DNA from: the human T2T-CHM13v2.0 reference genome, Homo sapiens
Strand: one strand, 5' to 3'
Length of the DNA: 64,000 nt
Assembly: GCF_009914755.1 (NCBI RefSeq)
Contig: NC_060947.1
A program made the position numbers and the translations under genes. Each line of letters opens with the position of its first letter. Position 1 is the first letter of the stretch. Below, piece by piece: positions 1-15,498 of this stretch. The notes beneath the pieces were generated by a model that saw only the letters and a program-made list of their open reading frames with translations, did not search any database and was not told the DNA's origin.

Positions 1-739
1 AAAATGTCTTGAAAACGATGATTATGCCTATTTTCAACAAAGTTAGTAAACATTACATTTGATGTATAAAAATGGAAGAAGACAAAAATGGATGAACATA
101 TTTTTTTAAAGGGAAAAATCCTGATATATATAATAATCTGAAACATAACTAATATACCAAGAAATATACCAAGCAAAAATCAAAACATATCAAGCAAAAA
201 TCAAAGAAGTTGTCAGAGGAGTCTTGCACACTTGGTTAAAATACAATTGTGGGTGCCTGAGAAGTAACATTTGGCTCTATATTACATCAGTGTCAATAAA
301 ACATTTTAAAATAAAAAAAAAGAAGGCAACATGATTGTAAAGAATCTTTGTTCTTTTACAAGTGAGGAATGACAAACCTTTGTTCTTTTTTTTTTCCACA
401 TAGTCAAAGATATAATAAAATCAACATAAAGCCCAGGGAATTATTCTGGTTAGACACAGAATTTCTATCTGGAAAGTATAAAACAACTGTCTCTAATGTA
501 GGCAAAGCCAATAAGCAGTAAACCAAGGAAATAAAGCCACCAAAATTGAGCACACTTTGCTAAGATTTTAACACATTTTATAACTTGTTTTCAAACTTGG
601 GTATTATAAGCCAGGGCAAATGAGATTTACTTTCCAAGGTTTGTCCTTCATTAGCTCCTTCACATTCTGGAACAATCTGACACTTTAAGACAGATCTTAG
701 GGCACCCAAAAGGTCAGCATTAATTTCACTGTAATAGTA

Positions 740-945
740 AGATGTTACTAACATGCAATGTATTCATCATTGCTATTTTTAAAGGAACCAATAAGTAAGT
801 ATTTTAAAATGGTCTCAGTTTTCATTTCTACTATAGTATGTATTGATAGTTAACCTACATATACAAAAGTTTTTTTGGGCTCCTCAGTAAGCTCCAAGAG
901 TATAAAGAGGTTCAGACACCAAAAAGGAAAAAGAAGCTGAATACT
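740..945 (+). mobile_element. Charlie1-like (hAT) terminal fragment embedded in an old AT-rich repeat
   Basis: Matches the recalled Charlie1 end (acaaaagtttttttgggctcctcag...aagaggttcagacaccaaaaagg versus consensus ACAAAAGCTCTTTGGGGTCCTCAA...GGGTCCTGAGACCAAAAAGTTTGAGAA). Confidence 0.65.
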
Positions 946-1378
946 ACTGCATTAAGGCATACATACTCTTTTTCCTTGAGAAAAAAAGGCACATGCACAG
1001 TTGTGTTTTTCTGCCACTATTTCTGCTAGGGTATCTCAGCCACTCATTAATTATAACCTTTAACAAAAGTAACTAACTTCTATTACATGAAGTAAACAGG
1101 GAGGGGAAAATAATTGAGAACTTTTGGCCCTCCACAAGTGTTTCAGCAAACAGGCAAAGCTCTTCAGACAACCTTCTACAGTCACACAACCCCTTTTTAT
1201 ACTTTGTCAAAGTGGCAAAAATGAACACATTCATTGACATGGCCGAAAGATATAACCTCTCTTTGGTATACACAAATTAAGAGCAAAACTTTATAAAGAT
1301 AAAATTATGCTTGGTAATTATATGACCTAGGTATCGAATGGTGATTCATTAATTAACTCAATTTACTATCATCCCCAC

Positions 1379-1787
1379 TGTCAGGCCTCTGAGCCCAAGC
1401 CAAGCCATCATATCCCCTGCACATACACATCCAGATGGCCGGTTCCTGCCTTAACTGATGACATTCCACCACAAAAGAAGTGAAAATGGCTTGTTCCTGC
1501 CTGAACTGATGACATTATCTTGTGAAATTCCTTCTCCTGGCTCATCCTGGCTCAAAAGCTCCCTTACTGAGCACCTTGTGACCCCCACCCCTGCCAGCCA
1601 GAGAACAACCCCCCACTTTGACTGTAATTTTCCTTTACCTACCCAAATCTTATAAAATGGCCCCACCCCTATCTCCCTTTGCTGACTGTCTTTTTGGACT
1701 CAGCCCGCCTGCACCCAGGTGAAATAAACAGCCTTGTTGCTCACACAAAGCCTGTTTGGTGGTCTCTTCACACGGACGTGAGTGAAA
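1379..1787 (+). mobile_element. Solo LTR7 (HERV-H LTR)
   Basis: Starts tgtcaggcctctgagcccaagc and ends cacacggacgtgagtgaaa. Duplicated ttcctgcc..aactgatgacatt blocks, TATAAAA 1651-1657, AATAAA 1723-1728. Flanks cccac/cccat (4/5 TSD). No internal HERV-H sequence follows. Confidence 0.95.
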
Positions 1788-1798
1788 CCCATCCCCAA

Positions 1799-1937
1799 TT
1801 TTTTTTACATTTTTTTTTCTTTTTCTTTTTTTTTTTTTTTTTGAGACAGGCTCTTGCTATATTACCCAGGTTGACCTCAAACTCCTGGGTTCAGGCAATC
1901 CTCCTGCCTCAGCCTCCACACACCACTGTGCCTGCCC
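1799..1937 (-). mobile_element. FLAM/Alu monomer, internally deleted
   Basis: Poly-T followed by gagacaggctcttgct...ctcaaactcctgggttcaggcaatcctcctgcctcagcctcc; flanked by catccccaa repeats. Confidence 0.85.
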
Positions 1938-2040
1938 CTATCATCCCCAAATTTTAAGGTACTTTAAAATTGTGGAAATTATCTTTAAGCTGACATACTA
2001 CAAAACATAATTGCTGCTGAAATTCAAAGTTTTTTAGAAT

Positions 2041-2076
2041 ATAATTTCTTGACCTTTTGGCTAAGATCAAATGTAG
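2041..2076 (+). pseudogene. 3'-truncated U2 snRNA retro-fragment (U2 nt 1-36)
   Basis: ataatttcttgaccttttggctaagatcaaatgtag aligns ungapped to U2 ATCGCTTCTCGGCCTTTTGGCTAAGATCAAGTGTAG (30/36). tagaat repeats at 2035-2040 and 2074-2079. Confidence 0.85.
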
Positions 2077-2828
2077 AATAATGATGCAATTTAATTAACA
2101 TAAATCTACATTTTCCATAATCTTAAACATTAGGAGTAATGTTACCTTATTTGATCTGTATACATTTAGGAAAAACATATGCAAATAGAATAAAAATGTA
2201 TTCAACACTGGTAAGTCAGAGAAGACATAGTTGTTTTTATTAAACCAAAATTATTTAATTAGTCTTATTTGCCAAAATTACATGGACTTGGATTCTTAAA
2301 ATATTTTTGAGTTAGTTTTTCTGAAAACTTTTTAGTACCTTTAAAATATTAGAAGTGTCCTTATTTTCTGAAATATGGGGAATATTCAGTTTCTGTATGC
2401 ATTCATTTATATCTATAAACCAATGTAGATTGACAGTTCAAGGAGCTCAGAATAGAGTTTCTTTAATTTGAGATGCTTCATAATCTAATTGGTTAACATC
2501 CTCCAGAGATAGGAAAACTGCACACTCAAAAGGGGGTAAAGATCTTTCCGAATTATAGCTTCAGTTCTAAAATTGTAGCCATGGGTCAAGGGTACACAGA
2601 GAAACACAAAAGCTCACTGGTCCAGATATCAAAGAGCTCTTCTCTTTCTGGGCATAAAATTCTTTATTGATTTAATTTCACAAAAAAGCAAATGGACAAA
2701 CAAACAAAAACCTAACAGCCCAGATTCTCTGATATCACTTTTCAACATAGAACAGATCTGTACCATCCATTAATCTATTTACAGCGATCACTAAAGGATG
2801 AGATCACAAAACAAAATTTCAAACAGTT

Positions 2829-2995
2829 GCAGTATAGCATAGTGTTTAAGGATGTGGGCTCCAAATTCAAGCTGCCTAGGATGCAATCCCAGCTTTACCA
2901 CTTATTAGCCATGTGACCTTGAGGAAGTCACATTTCTTTGTTCCATAAAATAAGGATAATAATAGTACCTTCCTATTGGGTTGTTGTGAGTTTTG
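2829..2995 (+). mobile_element. MIR SINE
   Basis: MIR core: aatcccagctttaccacttattagccatgtgaccttgaggaagtca...ataataatagtacct. Confidence 0.8.
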
Positions 2996-3229
2996 ATATG
3001 ATAATAAGAGCAACTGGCATGTTGTTAGCTGTGTTCTTATGTTAATTCTTCTTGATAGACACTAAACTTCAAATAAAAAGCCCTAGCTTATAAATCAATG
3101 ACTTCAAATGCAGCAGGACTCTCTGTGATAACTCAGAAAATGCCTTATTAGTCTCCGAGTTTCTTCCCATCTCAATTCCCTGAATGGGTGTTCCAAGGTC
3201 TCTCTCCAAGGCCCAATAACTTACTTTTT

Positions 3230-3830
3230 CCATCCTCCCTCTTATTAGCTGTCAGTTCCTCCTCCTACTTTATTGACAAAATGAAGAGCATCAAGTAGAA
3301 ATTCTATCAGCTTTTAGTTTACACAAACTGCCTACCCCAACACTACTCCCATTCTCTTTGTTACTGTGTCAGAAGAAATGAGTTACCTTTTCCTATAGAA
3401 GGACAATGCCATGTATTAGATCCCACAACATTTACATCTCATCAAAGACTGTTACCCAATATTTACCTCTTTCTCTGTTTCTGTCAACTGCTTCCTCCAC
3501 ACAATCTTTTTTAAAAATCAAGCATATGTGTTAAAATGACTCCAGCCTATACAAAGCAAAAACTTCTTCAACCCATCCTCCCCAATGTGTTTCCTTTCTT
3601 TAAGAACTATACTTCTTCAAAGAATACTGTAGCGTGCTCCTTGTCTCCACTTTCAAATCACTCCTTTACCATCTCAATCAATTTCTGTTTTATGTCCATC
3701 TGCACCAGGTCAATGGAGTGATCCCATTGTTACCACTGAAGGCCTCAATAATGCCATATCCCACAGGCATGTGTCCATCCCCACCTCACTTGTCTTTATA
3801 GTGGTGTTTGACACTAATGACCACTGACTA
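3230..3830 (+). mobile_element. L2 fragment
   Basis: Degenerate pyrimidine-rich L2 ORF2-region sequence ending tttgacactaatgaccactg. Confidence 0.55.
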
Positions 3831-3849
3831 GATAGGACATTTTATTCAA

Positions 3850-4155
3850 TCATGATATCCTTCAAGGATGTTTGGCTGTTTTTGATCTTTTATGTTCCAC
3901 GTAAATTTACAATCAGTTTGGCAAGTTCCCAGAAAAAAAAAAAGTTGAGATTGTTTTGAGATTGCATTGAATCTCTATATCAATTTAAGAAGAAGTCACA
4001 TTGTTATAATATTGAATTTTCTGCTACTTAAAGAAAATACATCTATCCATTTCTTTAAATGTTTTTCAGTGTTGCTATAAAGTTTTTATATATTTATTTC
4101 TATGGAGTTCTTCAGCATCTCTCACCTGAGATTTATTCCCAGGTACTTGCTGTTT
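3850..4155 (-). mobile_element. Old L1M ORF2 fragment
   Basis: gagattgcattgaatctctatatcaatttaag...tttattcccaggta matches antisense L1M ORF2. Confidence 0.75.
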
Positions 4156-4412
4156 CTTTTTTATTTATTTATTTATTTATTTATTTATTTTATTTTATTT
4201 TATTATTATTACACTTTAAGTTTTAGGGTACATGTGCACAATGTGCAGGTTAGTTACATATGTATACATGTGCCATGCTGGTGTGCTGCACCCATTGACT
4301 CGTCATTTAGCATTAGGTATATCTCCTAATGCTATCCCTCCCCCCTCCCACTACCCCACAACAGTCCCCAGAGTGTGATGTTCCCCTTCCTGTGTCCATG
4401 TGTTCTCATTGT

Positions 4413-8247
<3,835 letters not shown>

Positions 8248-8310
8248 TATGATGTTAGCTGGTTATTTTGCTCGTTAGTTGATGCAGTTTCTTCCTAGCC
8301 TCGATGGTCT

Positions 8311-9327
8311 TTACAATTTGGCATGATTTTGCAGTGGCTGGTACCAGTTGTTCCTTTCCATGTTTAGTGCTTCCTTCAGGAGCTCTTTTAGGGCAGGCCT
8401 GGTGGTGACAAAATCTCTCAGCATTTGCTTGTCTGTAAAGTATTTTATTTCTCCTTCACTTATGAAGCTTAGTGTGGCTGGATATGAAATTCTGGGTTGA
8501 AAATTCTTTTCTTTAAGAATGTTGAATATTGGCCCCCACTCTCTTCTGGCTTGTAGAGTTTCTGCCAAGAGATCTGCTGTTAGTCTGATGGGCTTCCCTT
8601 TGTGGGTAACCCGACCTTTCTCTCTGGCTGCCCTTACCATTTTTTCCTTCATTTCAACTTTGGTGAATCTGACAATTATGTGTCTTGGAGTTGTTCTTCT
8701 CGAGGAGTATCTTTGTGGCATTCTCTGTATTTCCTGAATCTGAATGTTGCCCTGCCTTGCTAGATTGGGGAAGTTCTCCTGGATAATATCCTGCAGAGTG
8801 TTTTCCAACTTGGTTCCATTCTCCCTGTCACTTTCAGGTACACCAATCAGATGTAGATTTGGTCTTTTCACATAGTCCCATATTTCTTGGAGGCTTTGTT
8901 CATTTCTTTTTATTCTTTTTTCTCTAAACTTCCCTTGTCGCTTCATTTCATTCATTTCATCTTCCATCACTGATACCCTTTCTTCTAGTTGATGGCATCG
9001 GCTCCTGAGGCTTCTGCATTCTTCGCACAGTTCTCGAGCCTTGGCATTCAGCTCCATCAGCTCCTTTAAGCACTTCTCTGTACTGGTTATTCTAGTTATA
9101 CATTCGTCTAAATTTTTTTCAAAGTTTTTAACTTCTTTGCCTTTGGTTTGAATTTCCTCCTGTAGCTCAGAGTAGTTTGATCGTCTGAAGCCTTCTTCTC
9201 TCAACTCGTCAAAGTCATTCTCTGTCCAGCTTTGTTCCGTTGCTGGTGAGGAACTGCGTTCCTTTGGAGGAGGAGAGGCGCTCTGCTTTTTAGAGTTTCC
9301 AGTTTTTCTGCTCTGTTTTGTCCTCAT
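8311..9327 (-). CDS. LINE-1 ORF1p (RNA-binding chaperone), intact 338 aa
   Basis: Uninterrupted ORF with coiled coil, RRM (WDYVKRPNL...HIIVRF) and CTD (ARREW, YPATLS); canonical length. Confidence 0.9.
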   Translation of the reverse strand: MRTKQSRKTGNSKKQSASPPPKERSSSPATEQSWTENDFDELREEGFRRSNYSELQEEIQTKGKEVKNFEKNLDECITRITSTEKCLKELMELNAKARELCEECRSLRSRCHQLEERVSVMEDEMNEMKRQGKFREKRIKRNEQSLQEIWDYVKRPNLHLIGVPESDRENGTKLENTLQDIIQENFPNLARQGNIQIQEIQRMPQRYSSRRTTPRHIIVRFTKVEMKEKMVRAAREKGRVTHKGKPIRLTADLLAETLQARREWGPIFNILKEKNFQPRISYPATLSFISEGEIKYFTDKQMLRDFVTTRPALKELLKEALNMERNNWYQPLQNHAKL

Positions 9328-9910
9328 ATTTGTGGTTTTATCTACTTTTGGTCTTTGATGATGGTGATGTACAGATGGGTTTTTGGTGTGGATGTCCTTT
9401 CTGTTCGTTAGTTTTCCTTCTATCAGACAGGACCCTCAGCTGCAGGTCTGTTGGAGTTTGCTAGAGGTCCACTCCAGACCCTGTTTGCCTGGGTATCAGC
9501 AGTGGTGGCTGCAGATCAGCGGATTTTCGTGAACCGTGAATGCTGCTGTCTGATCGTTCCTCTGGAAGTTTTGTCTCAGAGGAGTACCCGGCCGTGTGAG
9601 GTGTCAGTCTGCCCCTACTGGGGGGTGCCTCCCAGTTAGGCTGCTCTGGGGTCAGTGGTCAGGGACCTACTTGAAGAGGCAGTCTGCCCGTTCTCAGATC
9701 TCCAGCTGCGTGCTGGAAGAACCATTGCTCTCTTCAAAGCTGTCAGACAGGGACATTTAAGTCTGCAGAGGTTACTGCTGTCTTTTCGTTTGTCTGTGCC
9801 CTGCCCCTAGAGGTGGAGCCTACAGAGGCAGGCAGGCCTCCTTGAGCTGTGGTGGGCTCCACCCAGTTGGAGCTTCCCGGCTGCTTCGTTTACCTAAGCA
9901 AGCCTGGGCA

Positions 9911-10093
9911 ATGACAGGCGCCCCTCCCCCAGCCTGGCTGCCACCTTGCAGTTTGATCTCAGACTGCTGTGCTAGCAATCAGCGAGACTCCATGGGCATA
10001 GGACCCTCCAAGCCAGGTGCAGGATATAATCTCCTGGTACGCCGTTTTTTAAGTCTGTCGGAAAAGCACACTATTAGGGTGGGAGTGACCTGA
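9911..10093 (+). pseudogene. L1 antisense ORF0, truncated to 60 aa
   Basis: MTGAPPPAWLPPCSLISDCCASNQRD...IRVGVT* matches primate L1 ORF0; the stop at 10091-10093 replaces the consensus CGA. Confidence 0.8.
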
Positions 10094-10789
10094 TTTTCCA
10101 GGTGCTGTCTGTCACTCCTTTCTTTGACTAGGAAAGGGAACTCCCTGACCCCTTGCGCTTCCCGAGTGAGGCAATGCCTTGCCCTGCTTCAGCTCATGCA
10201 CAGTGCGCTGCACCCACTGTCCTGCGCCCACTGTCTGGCACTCCGTAGTGAGATGAACCTGGTACCTCAGATGGAAATGCAGAAATCACCCGTCTTCTGT
10301 GTCGCTCACGCTGGGAGCTGTAGACCGGAGCTGTTCCTATTCGGCCATCTTGGCTGCCCCCCCCAGGTTGGTGTATTATTGTCCCCAGTGAAGATAAGTA
10401 ACTCACTCAAGATCAGAAAGCTATTTAGTGGAATGTTTTAACTACTATACATGAGAATTTACTTTGATGTCATTTCAGGATACATTTTTATATACCTTAC
10501 TCCTCCTGAATTTAAATTTTTATCTGTTTCTTTTATTTGTTCCGGCATAAGATTTTGTTTGACAGAAGTATTTTTTCTACTGCTAATTTGGGGGGAAAAC
10601 CATCAAAGTTTAAAATCTTCCATAAAAGGAATTATGGAGAGAAAACAGATATGGTTTTGCTTTATGGAATCTGAAAAAAAAGGCCAAATTAGCTTATGCT
10701 GAAATCCTACCTTTGGCATCCTGAAGAATGACACGAATAATAGATGAAAATTATTAAAATTTAATGATTCCCTGAGATTCCAAGGAATG

Positions 10790-11141
10790 AATATTTTTGT
10801 CTGTTCAGGCTGCTATAATAAAATATGATAGATTGGGCAATTTATAGATAATAGAAGTTTAGTTCTCACAGTCCTGGAGGCTAGGAAGTTCATGATCAAA
10901 CAGATTCATTGACTGGTGAGGGCTCACCCTCTGTTTCAAAGATAGCATCTTCTTGCTGTGCCCTTACATAACATAAGGGACAAACAGGCTCCCCAGAGCC
11001 TCTTTTATAAGGGCAGTAATCTCATTCATGAGGGCAGGTGACCTAATCACTTTCCAAAGGCCCACCTCTTAATGCCACCCCGTTGAGGATTAGGTCTCAA
11101 CATATGAATTTTGGGAGGACACAAACATATTAGACCATGGC
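10790..11141 (-). mobile_element. MLT1A-type MaLR solo LTR
   Basis: caggctgctataataaaata...gacctaatcac...gaattttgggaggacacaaacatattagaccatggca. Confidence 0.85.
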
Positions 11142-12181
11142 AGATGATGGAAGAAGATGTACTGAGCTCATCTTCAAAGTTTCTAAATTTTCATTCACGC
11201 CATTACGTTGCCACTTGTTCTATGCATTCTCATGATGCTCTCCATTTGTAAAGTGTTTTCTCCAGAGAAGAGTCCCCAAGGAACAGTGAGGCACATGGCA
11301 TGCAAGACTCCCCATAGGAAATAACTCTTTACCCACGTCCTTTGTTCTGACACCCAAAGCAGCTCTGGGCAGACAAAGCCTCATTCCAAGAAGTATCTTC
11401 ACAGCAACTGTCAATAGGGACAATCACCAGGTTTCAAATAAAGGCCAATCCAGGGGCACCTGACACAACCCCCCTCCTCCCATTGCCACAAGCCAGCAGG
11501 TGGGCCTTCTCTGGAATAACATAAAAACCTAAACAGAGTAACTCATCTGAAATGATTTGTAATAATAAAATGGTGCCCAAAGAGCCTTGTGGAAACATCT
11601 GAAGTTCCAAGGCAGAGGTTATCCTAGGCTTGTGGGGGATAACTTTGGAAAAGACTGGTCTAGTTATTTAAGTCAAGCAGGCCCAGCTGTTTTGCATTTG
11701 AGAGTGCAGACTGCCTAAAGAAACAGATCAGCAGAATAACTTGGCGTTTTAGTTCAGTAACTTTAAGATTTTTCAATATCATGATCTTATTTCACCTTCC
11801 TGAGATGGGACCAAAGCACAGCTACTTCTCAGCACCAAACAAATGCATTGTGAAGTTAATAGGAAAGAGAATAAATCACTGATTGGGTTGGCAGAGAAGA
11901 ATTCCTTACAGCTTACTTCAAAACCAATATTTAAAGGATTTTTATTAGACAAAAAGTTTTCTAGAAAATATTATTATGGGGGCCTTATTTACTGTATTCT
12001 TGTTGTAATACAAAATAAATGATTTTAGCTACGACCTGACTAGGGAAATGGTGAATGGACAGAGAGGGAATGTTGGTATTTATTAGCCATTTGGTATAAC
12101 GGAAAAAGCATTGAACTTGGAAATTAAAAGAGCTGGATTTGTTATGAGTTAATCATGAAACCTTGGATAAGTCACTTAGCC

Positions 12182-12330
12182 CAGTGAATCTCAAACTGTA
12201 GTGATTCTGAAAAAAATCACACGGAGAACTTGTTTAAAACACAGATTCCTGGGATAGGGCCTGAAACTGCATTTCTAACAAACTGCCAGGTGATGCTGAT
12301 GCTGCTGATCTGGGGGCCACACTTTGAGGA
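12182..12330 (-). mobile_element. MER5A (hAT-Charlie MITE) within a MIR
   Basis: tgcatttctaacaaactgccaggtgatgctgatgctgctgatctgggggccacactttgag. Confidence 0.8.
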
Positions 12331-13039
12331 GTAAGGGAGTCTTAGGCTCTACTCTCCTTATTTTTAAAAGGAGTCTACCATGTTAGATGATTGCATAGGT
12401 CTCTTCTGGCCCTGTAAAATTCTCTGAGGCCCAATTTTGTTTCACTTGTCCTTCTGAAAGTGTCTGCGATTTTTCTTTCTAATGGAGATGGCTAATGGTA
12501 GGACATAAATTAGATCACTGAGGGAAAAGCTGTCTTAGGGAAATTTTGCTGTTGTAAAGGTATTAACCATTAGGAACAGGTGCCTACTTAAATATTTTAC
12601 ATGACGTTTGAGTCTCCTAAGTGAAATGGAAAGAATCCTCTGGAAGGCTTCAGTTTAATTCTTGACTCTGCCACTTCCTAGCCCCATCACCTTAACCTTT
12701 CTTAGTTTCTTCATCCATAAAATGGGAAAACCAATTCCAAGTCCTTCCTATAGTGTTGGTCCCTAGAATATGCACTGAAAAGCACCTTGTAGGTTGGAAG
12801 GAGCCATGCAAGCGTAAGAAATGGCTGTATGCCAGGCGTGGTAAGCAGAGATCACAACACGGAGGCACTGAGCTGGTTTCAGGGTGATTCACTAGTGGTC
12901 ATGTGGTTTTCTAACACCACTCTACAAACAGCATGGATCTTTGTTACAGCTCTGTATCTTAGTTTGTCCACAAGAATGTCTGTTACCTATTTTGTATAGG
13001 CCTGGCACTGAAAGGAGAAATCAAAAATCAAACGCTAAT

Positions 13040-13634
13040 AACTGTATGAGTCACAGAAGCAGAACCACTAAGAGTAGTATGAAAGAAGAAATTCATTATA
13101 AAAATTAGACCTTATCAGTGGGGGAGGAACTGGGGAAGCAAACATTGGACAACAGGAGGTGGGCACTGAGGGGTCAGGGGAAGGTCACTAATCAGCCCTG
13201 GCATTGCTGAATGAGAGCTTCTGGGCAAATTCTGGAGCTTAGCAGGTCCAGTGGCTGGAGTCAGACCATAGAGAGGAGCTGGTAGAGCTGTCATGGGAAG
13301 TTGTTGGCTCTTTGTGGCCACTACCTCTGTAAGTTTGTAGGGCAGCAACTCGTAGTGGGCCTGGGATTGCTGTTGGTCAGCAGGGGCTGAAGAGCTGAAT
13401 GTGGAGGTGAGGAGAGTAAGGAGCAGATGGCCCCATAGACAGCTCTGCATCTGTGTCTCGCCACCTCTAGCCAACAATGACCTTCAGAATGCGATGGGTG
13501 CTGCTTCCCTTCTGTCTCCCAAATCTCGTATAGTCTCGCCTTTGGCCAACTCTCACTATGAACAATGTAGGAAAGGAGATTCTGGAAAACTTCATTCCTG
13601 GCATACAAAATTGACCATAAAACAATCCAGCACA
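13040..13634 (-). mobile_element. ERVL LTR41/LTR52-family solo LTR
   Basis: Reverse strand starts tgtgctggattg...tttccagaatctcctttcc...gagagttggccaaagg...gagatttgggagacagaagggaagcagc. Confidence 0.65.
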
Positions 13635-14075
13635 CTATCTGACAGCATTTCTGATGCATATACTGACTGAATAAGAGGGTATCATCTTATCCTAGGGGGA
13701 CAAGTCATTCATCTCTAAAAGAGATAGAAAACAGCACTGTTTATGAAGAATAAGATGCATCACTCCCCTGAATAATACATTATAGTCATTTAAGCATCTT
13801 GAGAATGCACACACATGTGTAAAAAGTATAAGGCCTTATTTGTGTAGGTGTACACACACACAATCACAAAATACAAGCAATCTCCAGAAGTAACCAATAC
13901 AAGCTCACATGACTCTCATCCCCACAGGATGACCTAGCAGAACCTGGAATGCAGGGAACACCAGTACACACTGTTAGAAGTGGGGGACAGCTCTGCATGT
14001 GGCTCCTGGAGAGTGTTTACCCAGTGTGTAAATAGCGGATAAGGCAGAAAGGGGAAACAATATGTGGTGCCTAGA

Positions 14076-14709
14076 CTGTTGGTCCTCATTACTTGCAGAT
14101 GCCATATTTATAAATGTACCTACTTGCTAAAGTTTCTTTATAACTCTCAAATCAATACTGGAGGTGCTTTTGCAATCATTCACAGACATGCTTAGGGTGG
14201 TGAAAAATGTTACTCACTCAATGCACACCCCCTCAGTTGAAGTCAAACAAGGCGTCACTCTGGCTTCTTGTTTCAACTTTCAGACTGTAAACAAGTGTAC
14301 TTTTCATGGTCTGTTTAGTGCCACATTTTTCACATTTTTGTGCTTTTTGTAGGTGATTTTGCTGCTTAAAGTGACCCCCAAGTATAGTGTTGAGGTACTG
14401 TCTAGTGTCCCTAATCATTATAAGGCTTTGATGTGCCTTTTGGAGAAAATACCTGTGCCAGGCATGAGTGATAGTGCTTTTGAAAAGGAGTTCAATGTTA
14501 ATAAATCAACAATATATATTAAATAAGGTGTCTTTAAATAGAAACAAACATAAGATAAGGTCATGTATTGATCAGTTGATAAAAATGTTGTTATCAGAGA
14601 CTCACAGGAACCTGTATTTCCCCTAGGAATACTGCTTCAGTATTCAGTAATGCAGTATTCAAGTATTCATGATGACTTCATAACTACTGCAAATAATGAG
14701 ATTCAACAG
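14076..14709 (+). mobile_element. MER82 (TcMar-Tigger)
   Basis: Full-length match to the recalled consensus, with TIRs ctgttggtcctcattacttgc / gcaaataatgagattcaacag followed by TA. Confidence 0.9.
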
Positions 14710-15498
14710 TACATCTCTAAGAGGAAGGATGAATTACTTTCTGCTTCTCAAAAAGGCATAGATACAATGAGGAAAGGCAGATCCCAATCTGTCAGCCTTT
14801 TGTTGAGGCCTAAAATGATATTCTTAGTTTAGTGCTTTTCCAGCCCATTGCAATGCACATATCCCTGGGGTGACTGCCCTGTAAACTTTATCTGCAAATT
14901 ACGCTTTAGTATGAATGAATCCCCAGTATTTTCCTGAGATCAGGTTATTATAGGGATGGCAGAGTAGACAGTTTGAACTTGGCTAGTTGAAGCAGGTTCA
15001 GAAAAGATTCCACATGAATGGGGAGGGGTTGAAGCAAAAGCAACTTGAGGTCCACAGACAACATTTTGTTTTGTTTTTAAAAATTTCATATCTTAACCTT
15101 ATTGAAGAATATGTTATTCCCTTCTATTCACCAGCAGATTGTAAACTCCTTAAGAATCAGACATTAAAAGGTCTTGAATATTTGGAACTTTCCTATATGT
15201 TGTTGTTTTTAAGAAAATTATTTTTGAGCCAATATTTGCTTACATTATCTGCATAATATCTGTATATTTGTCACTCTCTTGCTCTAGGTCAGCCTTCTCT
15301 GATATCTGAACAGAACCTCTTTGGGATTACACAAAAAAGAATAGCCATAGGGAAAAAATGTGCTTCATATATTAAATGTGTAATGTTTTGCCATTCACAG
15401 AAGAATATTGAGGAAAAGAGAGAAGACATAGCAAATCTGAGACATGGTTTCCTTTTTTCCTTTCCCAGTCCTTCTCTCCCATTCTACCATTAGTTTTC

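Noticed and set aside
150-210. Short imperfect repeats tataccaag / caagcaaaaatcaaa
   Set aside because: Only 2-3 degenerate units with no regular spacers; not CRISPR-like or a satellite.
13452-13475. CTCF-like site in the LTR41/52-family LTR (ggctagaggtggcga, minus)
   Set aside because: Several mismatches in the 5' half of the core motif.
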